Sequence record: OZ035803.1
Direction: 5' to 3' (one strand)
From: Kayfunavirus LI10P1
DNA length: 39,854 bases
This document shows, piece by piece, positions 32,818-39,854 of this stretch. Positions within the stretch are counted from its first letter, which is position 1, and each line of letters opens with the position of its first letter. A program made the position numbers and the translations under genes. The notes below the pieces were generated by a model. It was not told the origin of the DNA. It did not search any database and saw nothing but the letters and a program-made list of their open reading frames with translations.

Positions 32818-35800
32818 ATGGCGACTCGTGGTATTCGCAATAACAATCCGGGTAACATCCGGGTAAGTAAGGACCAATGGGAAGGAATGACTGGAGATGA
32901 TGGCGCATTCGTCACCTTCGATAGTCCAGAGTCTGGCGTCCGAGCTTTAGGTAAAAACCTGCTGTCCTACGGTCGCCAAGGCTATGACTCCATCGAGAAG
33001 ATTATCAACCGATGGGCACCTCCTAACGAGAACGACACTAAGGCTTATATCGACTCAGTGGTGGCTGCAACTGGTATTCCAGCTACCCAGAGTCTCGACC
33101 TATCGAACCCGGACACCCTGTCTGCTCTGGCGCAAGCTATCAGCTTCCATGAGACAGGCTCCCGGTACAATCCTGAAGTCTATCAGAAGGGAGTCGAAAG
33201 AGCACTCAATGGCATTAGCCCAAAGACTCCACCAGTAAGCGCTAACGTATTTGACGCACTCACGGAAGGACTCAAGGCTAAACCTAAAGTAGCTCTGGGC
33301 GAGAACCTTCCGACCGCTGCTGGTCTAAACATTGAGGGTCAAGCACCTGAAGCTCCCAACGAATCGTTCGGTGAGATGTTCTATAAGTCTACTGGCGATA
33401 CCATGCAGGAGCGAGAGGACCGATCTACGTGGTTCGGTTTTGGTACTGCTACAGAAGCTGAAGTGAAGAACTCTATGGTCGGCGTGGCTATCCGCGCTGG
33501 TAAGACCGAGGACTCACTTGATGTCATTGGCGATGTGTTCAACCCGACACGCTGGAACAACCATAAGTGGTCTCGTGAGGAGCTGGACCAGATTCGTAAC
33601 GCTGGAGTTCTTCCTCAGTATTACGGGGTCATTACTGGTGGCTCCACTCAGAACCTGACCGAGCTTATTAACTTGGCGCTTGAGAACCAGAAGTTGGACC
33701 AAGAGAAGGCCAAGGCAGGGATTGGTGCTCAGTTAGCTGCTGGTGTGATTGGTGCTGGTGTAGACCCGCTGACCTACGTTCCTATAGCTGGACAGGTTGG
33801 TAAAGGTGGTAAGCTGGTCAACAAGATGTTCACCGTGGCTGCTCAATCTGGAGCACTGTCTGGTGTGTCCGAGATGGCCCGTACCTCAGTGGCTGGTGGT
33901 GACGCTCATGTGGCTGAAGCTATCCTTGGTGGTGCTCTCTTCGGTGGAGGGATGACTGCTATCGCTGATGGTTTAGGCAGAGCCTTAGGTCGCAACACTA
34001 ATGAGTTTGCTGGCCCAGCTACACGTCTGGAAGCTCGTGAGACCGCTCGTAACGTTGATGGTCAGGACCTGTCTCGTCTCCCTATTCAGGAAGGTGAGCA
34101 GACCTTTAGTCATCAAGGCGTTAAGTTCGCTGACGTTCCGAATGAGCCGGGTAGTGTACGACTTGAAGATGGATCAATCCTGATTGGTGAGAACCCTCTT
34201 AACCCTAAGACACGTCAAGTCTTTGACGAAGTGATTGAGCCTGAACGTGCCGCTGCTGGTGTGAACCTTGGTGGGCTAACTGAGATTGGCCTGAAGCTGC
34301 TTCGGTCCGAGAACCCTGAGATTCGTGGAGTCGCTGCCGACTTAGTGCGTTCACCGACTGGTATGCAGTCAGGGGCCTCAGGTAAAATCGGGACCACTGC
34401 GTCAGACGTATTCGAGAGACTTCGTGCTGTGGACCATCGGTTCTACAACGACATCGACGACGCGGTTACTGAGGCGCTCAAGGACCCATACTTCCAGACA
34501 GCATTCTGGCGAGACTCTGGCGCATTCCGTCAGGACATCTACCAGCGTGTGTCTATGGCTATTGAAGACGGAAGTGGGAACCTGAAGGCTGAACTGACTC
34601 CGGGAGAACTGAAAGTATATGACCTGCTGAAGAACCAGTTTGACGCCAAGCGTGAGATGATGGAGAACCCGGCGATGTTTGGTCGTCCAGACGCTCAGTC
34701 TATCTTTCCGGGTAGCCGCTTCAAGGGAACCTACGTCCCGCATGTGTATAGCAACCAGATGAAGGAGCTGTACATCAAGGAGCTTGGGAGTCCAGAGGCA
34801 CTACAGGAGGCCATCAAGAAGTCATGGTTGACCAGCTATGCGTCTCGACCTGAAGTAAAGAAACGCGTGGACGAGGCACTCTTAGAGGCTGACCCTACGT
34901 TGACTCCAGAGGGACTTGCGGCTGCGGTCGATAAGTACGCCAACGATAAGGCTTACGGCATCTCCCACACCGAGCAGTTCGAACGTTCATCCGTAATGGA
35001 AGAGAACATCAACGGTCTGGTTGGTCTGGAGAACAACAGCTTCCTTGAGGCTCGTAACCTGTTCGATAGCGATATGTCAATCGTCCTACCTAATGGTCAG
35101 ACCTTCAGTGTCAACAACCTGCGTGAGTGGGACATGGACAAGATTGTCCCGGCCTACAACCGTCGAGTTAATGGCGATATTGCTATCATGGCTGGTACAG
35201 GCAAAACCACGAAGGACATGAAGGACTTGGTTGAGACCATGATGAACAAGGCTGGTGATGACGGAAAGTTGAAAGGTGAAGTATCTACCTTACGTGACAC
35301 TTTGAAGATTCTAACTGGTCGTGCTCGACGTGATGGTGCTGATGATGCGGCCTTCGCTACCGTGATGCGCACAATGACAGACCTATCGTTCTTCGCTAAG
35401 AATGCCTACATGGGTGTTCAGAACTTAACGGAGATTGGTGGTATGTTAGCTCGTGGTAACGTGCGTGCATTGCTACATGGAGTACCTATGTTCCGTGACC
35501 TAGCCTTCCGTAACAAGAAGGTAGGGGCCTTAGAGATTAAGGACCTTCACAATGTTCTCTTCGGTAAGGAACTTGATGACTCAATCCGCCCGTCTAAACA
35601 GGATGTCATTGACCGTCTGCGCTCCTATAGCGACTTAGGCCGCGGGGCAGCTACAGCTCTGGGGACTGCCAAGTATTACACTGGTGAACTTGCAGTACGC
35701 TCTCCGTTCACTAAAGTCCTCAACGGTACGACAAACTACCTGTTAGATGCTGGACGTCAAGGATTCCTGTCCGACATCGTGGAACATAGTCTGACTGGCA

Positions 35801-36705
35801 GTAAGCGTCGGTTCGATGACCGCTGGCTTAAGACCGCTGGTATCTCCGACGAGCAGTGGAAGGGCATTAAGTCCCTAATCAGTGAGTCAGTGACTCGAGG
35901 TCCAGACGGGAAGTATACCATCAAGGATAAGAAGGCGTTCAGTCAGGACCCAAGGGCTATGGACCTGTGGCGTATGGGTGACACCATCGCTGATGAGACC
36001 CTGCTCCGCCCCCACAAGCTGAGCAACATGGACGCCAAGGCTTATGGTCCGATAGCGAAGACTGTCTTGCAGTTTAAGAACTTCGTTATCAAGTCTATCA
36101 ACGGTCGAACCATGCGTACCTTCTACAATGCCACCAAGAACAACCGAGCTATGGACGCTGCGCTGTCAACGGTTATGTCTATGGGTCTGGCTGGAATGTA
36201 CTACATGGCTCAGGCGCACATAAAGGCTTACGCTATGCAGGACGGTCGTGACCGAGAGTATCTGAAGCAAGCCCTTAACCCAACAATGATTGGCTATGCG
36301 GCGCTGTCCCGTAGCTCCCACTTAGGTGGTCCTCTTGGGGTCGCCAACATTCTGGGTGGAATCGCTGGGTATGAGGACACTAAGATGCTCCGCTCGTCAA
36401 TCCTTCCGCGCTCACCTACCGAGAAGACGGAGAAGCCAATCGCCTTTGGTGCTGCTTCCAGTGGTCCGGTAATGAATGTGGTCGGCAACTTCCTTGAGCA
36501 GGTCCCGGCTTTCGGCTATGCTGCTAACGTTGGTGCTACGGCTTACAACTTGGCGGGATACCTCAAGGCTGATACCCGTGTCAACGAGCGAGACTACATG
36601 ACCGGGATGTATAACACGTTCCGTGAACTTGTACCGAATGACCCGATTACCCAGAAGTTGCTGCTTGGAACGTTTGAGGAGCAGGGCATCCACATCAAGG
36701 ACTAA
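32818..36705 (+). CDS. 16: Internal core protein D (T7 gp16-like) with a divergent N-terminal domain
   Basis: ATG 32818 with AAGGAG 7 nt upstream (the track ORF starts at TTG 32800); from about residue 200 collinear with T7 gp16 (TRWNNHKW, AGVIGAGVDPLTYVP, VAGGDA, RLEARETARN, VRSPTGMQSGASGK, GTYVPHVY, KAYGISH, NNSFLEARNLFDSDMSI, RRVNGDIAIM, ILTGRARR, TNYLLDA, AMDLWR, ALSRSS, ANVGAT, LVPNDPITQ); the first 130 aa (IRNNNPGNIR..) differ from the T7 transglycosylase region. Confidence 0.93.
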   Translation: MATRGIRNNNPGNIRVSKDQWEGMTGDDGAFVTFDSPESGVRALGKNLLSYGRQGYDSIEKIINRWAPPNENDTKAYIDSVVAATGIPATQSLDLSNPDTLSALAQAISFHETGSRYNPEVYQKGVERALNGISPKTPPVSANVFDALTEGLKAKPKVALGENLPTAAGLNIEGQAPEAPNESFGEMFYKSTGDTMQEREDRSTWFGFGTATEAEVKNSMVGVAIRAGKTEDSLDVIGDVFNPTRWNNHKWSREELDQIRNAGVLPQYYGVITGGSTQNLTELINLALENQKLDQEKAKAGIGAQLAAGVIGAGVDPLTYVPIAGQVGKGGKLVNKMFTVAAQSGALSGVSEMARTSVAGGDAHVAEAILGGALFGGGMTAIADGLGRALGRNTNEFAGPATRLEARETARNVDGQDLSRLPIQEGEQTFSHQGVKFADVPNEPGSVRLEDGSILIGENPLNPKTRQVFDEVIEPERAAAGVNLGGLTEIGLKLLRSENPEIRGVAADLVRSPTGMQSGASGKIGTTASDVFERLRAVDHRFYNDIDDAVTEALKDPYFQTAFWRDSGAFRQDIYQRVSMAIEDGSGNLKAELTPGELKVYDLLKNQFDAKREMMENPAMFGRPDAQSIFPGSRFKGTYVPHVYSNQMKELYIKELGSPEALQEAIKKSWLTSYASRPEVKKRVDEALLEADPTLTPEGLAAAVDKYANDKAYGISHTEQFERSSVMEENINGLVGLENNSFLEARNLFDSDMSIVLPNGQTFSVNNLREWDMDKIVPAYNRRVNGDIAIMAGTGKTTKDMKDLVETMMNKAGDDGKLKGEVSTLRDTLKILTGRARRDGADDAAFATVMRTMTDLSFFAKNAYMGVQNLTEIGGMLARGNVRALLHGVPMFRDLAFRNKKVGALEIKDLHNVLFGKELDDSIRPSKQDVIDRLRSYSDLGRGAATALGTAKYYTGELAVRSPFTKVLNGTTNYLLDAGRQGFLSDIVEHSLTGSKRRFDDRWLKTAGISDEQWKGIKSLISESVTRGPDGKYTIKDKKAFSQDPRAMDLWRMGDTIADETLLRPHKLSNMDAKAYGPIAKTVLQFKNFVIKSINGRTMRTFYNATKNNRAMDAALSTVMSMGLAGMYYMAQAHIKAYAMQDGRDREYLKQALNPTMIGYAALSRSSHLGGPLGVANILGGIAGYEDTKMLRSSILPRSPTEKTEKPIAFGAASSGPVMNVVGNFLEQVPAFGYAANVGATAYNLAGYLKADTRVNERDYMTGMYNTFRELVPNDPITQKLLLGTFEEQGIHIKD

Positions 36706-36723
36706 ACTATCACTATAGGAAAC
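36701..36723 (+). promoter_or_regulatory. Phage RNAP promoter (phi17-like)
   Basis: aCTAAACTATCACTATA-GGAAAC; +1 G at 36718; 52 nt upstream of the tail-fibre ATG. Confidence 0.75.
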
Positions 36724-36769
36724 TGGAGGCGCTACCATAGGTCTCCGTTTAAATCACAAAGGAGGCATA

Positions 36770-39625
36770 ATGTCCACGATTACACAATTCCCTTCAGGAA
36801 ACACTCAGTACAGGATAGAGTTCGACTACCTAGCCAGAACGTTTGTTGTTGTTACGCTGGTGAATAGCTCTAACCCTACCCTGAACCGTGTACTGGAAGT
36901 TGGTCGAGATTACCGATTCCTTAATCCAACGATGATTGAGATGTTGGCTGACCAATCAGGTTTCGACATCGTTCGTATTCACCGTCAGACTGGAACTGAC
37001 TTAGTGGTAGACTTCAGGAATGGCTCAGTGTTGACAGCTAGTGACCTGACCAATTCAGAGCTTCAGGCTATCCATATTGCAGAAGAAGGTCGAGACCAAA
37101 CGGTTGACTTAGCGAAGGAATATGCCGATGCTGCTGGTAGCTCTGCTGGCAACGCTAAGGATAGCGAGGACGAAGCACGACGAATCGCTGATAGTATCAA
37201 GGCATCTGGTCTAATTGGCTATATTACCCGTCGCTCCTTCGAGAAAGGCTTCAACGTTACAACATGGAACGAGGTCCTGCTATGGGAAGAGGATGGTGGG
37301 TATTACCGCTGGGATGGTGGACTGCCAAAAACAGTACCTGTTGGTTCAACTCCTGAAACGTCTGGCGGCGTTGGTTTGGGTGCGTGGGTTAGTGTTGGTG
37401 ATGCGTCATTGCGTGCCGATATTGCAAAACCAACCGGAACAAATTTAATCGGCGCAAAAAACGGGGAAACACTGTCTACAGTCCTGGGTAGCCGTTGGGC
37501 TAATTCGGGCGCAGATAAAAAAGAAATTCGTTTTGACCTGCCATTACTATTCCCAGATTACGATGCTATTCTGGCGGCACACTCTGACTGGACGTTTATT
37601 TATCCAGGGTCATTCTGTATCGGGGATGATGGCAATATCTACATTGCATATGGCCCAAGTAACAACGCAGCGACGGAACGTTTCGTTGTAGTTTACTCAG
37701 GTGAAGGTGAATACTTAGGGTATCTCCAGACTAATAATGGAGGCACCGGGGTAAATGGTTCTGCGGTATCCGAGGGGATTATCGTAACCAATTACTATGG
37801 TTCACTTAAGTTATTCCTGGGATCCTACGATGGTAACTTAGCTGAGTTTGATATCTCAGCAGTGACCTACGGCACCACGATTAGCTATACAGCGTTACAC
37901 CAAGTAGGTCTGTATAACCAGTTCTCCTTCCACAATGGAATGTGGGCAGTTGAACAGGCCATCCCATCATTGGGTATTAACCGACAACGTAATGTTATTG
38001 CATACTTCAACTCCGCATTTGCATTAACTGGTTTCACGGAATTTTCTCCGTATGATGCTGGATACATCACGTCAACTACTACTGATTACGGGTCACTTCA
38101 AACTAAGCGACAAGCAATCTGTTTAGCTCCCGGTGTTTTGATCATGGCATTTGGTGGTGTTTACATTACAGGAACAACTGTAGAAGCGCCTACTAATTAT
38201 CAGGGGGTAAAAGCATTTAGCACTGATGGGCACAAAATGGTAGAGGCAGTAATACCCCCTACTGATTTTATTAGTGTTTTGGATGCTAAAGGGTTAATGA
38301 CCTCTCGTATAGAGAATGAGGGTGTTTGCTATTCAAATGGTGAAGTATTTACTTTATGGATTTATAACAATAGAACTGCCTCAAATGCGTATACTAACGG
38401 TATCCTGATTACTAAAGAATATTCGAACTCCCCGGATTTGGATTTTTCTGGGGCGGTTACGGTATCCCCCGGTTACGATACTGTTCGAATGGCTTCTGGG
38501 GTTTACCCTCGTATTCTCGCGGGTGACAAACTCTATAATCCGTTGACTGGTGCTGCCATGACTTCAATGTCAGAAGTATTGGACTTTATGCGCCTGTCTG
38601 GGCAGAAGGAAGTTACTATCTATACGTCAAGCACCGGTCTTACAGATCTGGATGGAGTTGCCTACCCAATTGGGATAGAGCTTCATATCAGCAACCTGAA
38701 TAACCTGAGCTTCTCTATAGATCAGACTGGGCCAATTACCCGTAAGACTGTGCGCGTTACTTATGACACTTCCGGTTATACCGTAATTACTGGGGCTATC
38801 GGTTTAGAGACTTATCGCTTAACCCTGAATAATACTGACTCTGGTGCATTAACCCAAGGTCGAATTGCAGCTAGGGCTTTCGGTAATAAAACTTTAACCG
38901 AATCAGAACAGATTCTTGTCCTCGATCAACAAAGTTCCGCATCTGCACATTCTCTTATCTTAGGTGGTGGATCGTCGGTATTTAAGAGTGCTACGACTAT
39001 TAGTTTTGCTACTAATCCGTCGCCCGCAGCCGTAGGCGGCACTATTCGATGGCGTTTAGATGATACATCTTTACGTCCATACACAGATAACGCTTACAAT
39101 TTAGGCGACCCAGCATTACGTGTGGCTCAAGTCTTCGCAGCGATTGGTACTATTAATACGTCCGACTCCCGTGAAAAAACTTACCCGTTTGAAATATCGG
39201 ATGATATCCTTGATGCCTGGGGCGACGTGCAGATAATCACGTACAAGTGGTTATCTTCTATTGCGGCTAAAGGTGAAGATTCTGCTCGTTGGCATTTCGG
39301 GGTAATTGCCCAGCAAGTTCGTGATGCCTTCGTAAAGCATGGTTTGGATGGTACTACCTTCGGTCTGCTTTGCTATGACGAGTGGGAAGATGAGTATGAA
39401 CCTGAGTTCGTTGATGAGGTTATCACTGTTAATATTGATGGTGTAGATACCGAAGTTACCCGTCAAGTGGAAACCGGTAATACCATACTTACTAGAGCTG
39501 CCGGTAATCGCTGGGGCATTCGTCCAGATCAGTGTTTCTGGTTGGAGGCCGCTTATCAGCGACGTCGCTGCGACAGGATTGAAACACGACTGGATAAACT
39601 TGAAGGTTGTGGAGGTAGAGGCTAA
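36770..39625 (+). CDS. 17: Tail fibre / tailspike (T7 gp17-like N-terminal adaptor fused to a foreign receptor-binding module with a C-terminal chaperone-like domain)
   Basis: 951 aa; residues 1-150 align with the T7 gp17 tail-attachment domain (EFDYLARTFVVVTL, DYRF, DLVVDFRNGSVLTASDL, QAIHIAEEGRD); residues about 150-951 are unrelated to the T7 fibre shaft, AT-richer with different codon usage, and end with an SDSREK..WHFGVIAQQV..C-terminal region resembling S74-type autoproteolytic chaperone domains. Confidence 0.9.
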   Translation: MSTITQFPSGNTQYRIEFDYLARTFVVVTLVNSSNPTLNRVLEVGRDYRFLNPTMIEMLADQSGFDIVRIHRQTGTDLVVDFRNGSVLTASDLTNSELQAIHIAEEGRDQTVDLAKEYADAAGSSAGNAKDSEDEARRIADSIKASGLIGYITRRSFEKGFNVTTWNEVLLWEEDGGYYRWDGGLPKTVPVGSTPETSGGVGLGAWVSVGDASLRADIAKPTGTNLIGAKNGETLSTVLGSRWANSGADKKEIRFDLPLLFPDYDAILAAHSDWTFIYPGSFCIGDDGNIYIAYGPSNNAATERFVVVYSGEGEYLGYLQTNNGGTGVNGSAVSEGIIVTNYYGSLKLFLGSYDGNLAEFDISAVTYGTTISYTALHQVGLYNQFSFHNGMWAVEQAIPSLGINRQRNVIAYFNSAFALTGFTEFSPYDAGYITSTTTDYGSLQTKRQAICLAPGVLIMAFGGVYITGTTVEAPTNYQGVKAFSTDGHKMVEAVIPPTDFISVLDAKGLMTSRIENEGVCYSNGEVFTLWIYNNRTASNAYTNGILITKEYSNSPDLDFSGAVTVSPGYDTVRMASGVYPRILAGDKLYNPLTGAAMTSMSEVLDFMRLSGQKEVTIYTSSTGLTDLDGVAYPIGIELHISNLNNLSFSIDQTGPITRKTVRVTYDTSGYTVITGAIGLETYRLTLNNTDSGALTQGRIAARAFGNKTLTESEQILVLDQQSSASAHSLILGGGSSVFKSATTISFATNPSPAAVGGTIRWRLDDTSLRPYTDNAYNLGDPALRVAQVFAAIGTINTSDSREKTYPFEISDDILDAWGDVQIITYKWLSSIAAKGEDSARWHFGVIAQQVRDAFVKHGLDGTTFGLLCYDEWEDEYEPEFVDEVITVNIDGVDTEVTRQVETGNTILTRAAGNRWGIRPDQCFWLEAAYQRRRCDRIETRLDKLEGCGGRG

Positions 39626-39692
39626 CTACACGCTGACCAACGTATGGTAACAACTTTGGGTCACGGACGACCCGCTTTAAACTGGAGGTTTT

Positions 39693-39854
39693 ATGATTGA
39701 GTTAGACTTCAAGAATGAGGTCCTTAAAGCCTCTCCTATCGTCGGGACCGCTGCGGCTGATGGTGCCAGTCGGTTCTTCTTCGGACTTACACTGAACGAA
39801 TGGTTCTACGTTGCAGCTATCGCGTACACCGTTGTCCAGATTGGTGTGCTAGTC
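39693..39854 (+). CDS. 17.5: Holin (T7 gp17.5-like), 5' portion; ORF runs off the window end and resumes at 1..33
   Basis: RBS GGAGG 6 nt upstream; MIELDFKNEVLKASPIVGTAAADGASRFFFGLTLNEWFYVAAIAYTVVQIG.. is near-identical to T7 gp17.5 (MLSLDFNNELIKAAPIVGTGVADVSARLFFGLSLNEWFYVAAIAYTVVQIG) as recalled. Confidence 0.85.
   Translation, partial: MIELDFKNEVLKASPIVGTAAADGASRFFFGLTLNEWFYVAAIAYTVVQIGVLV

Overview
The window reads as an essentially complete, circularly permuted genome (about 39.9 kb) of a strictly lytic T7-like podophage (Autographiviridae, T7 supergroup), with every credible gene on the + strand. The window starts inside the holin gene, so the order is: 3' end of holin 17.5, gene 18, spanins 18.5/18.7, large terminase 19, 19.5, the physical genome ends (one terminal-repeat copy flanked by short 9-mer repeat arrays), host-type early promoters, an early region (Ocr homolog plus several unknown small genes, no 0.7-type kinase), T7-type RNA polymerase, DNA metabolism genes (ligase, 1.7 kinase, gp2, SSB, endonuclease I, amidase, primase-helicase, DNA polymerase, HNH, exonuclease), then structural genes (portal, scaffold, capsid with a -1 frameshift extension, tail tubular A/B, internal core proteins 13-16, tail fibre) and the 5' part of the holin. 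I found 11 phage-RNAP promoters sharing the consensus (a/c)cTAAACTATCACTATA-GGGA, a Tphi-like and a TE-like terminator, and two families of conserved RNA hairpins. All protein calls rest on translated ORFs compared with T7 proteins recalled from memory; no database search was run. The most interesting items are a chimeric tail fibre whose distal 80% is compositionally foreign and ends in an autoproteolytic chaperone-like domain, an extra gene inserted between endonuclease I and the amidase, an early region of unknown small proteins in place of the kinase, a mini endonuclease-VII-like ORF between genes 11 and 12, and a promoter family and polymerase recognition loop that both differ from T7 and T3.
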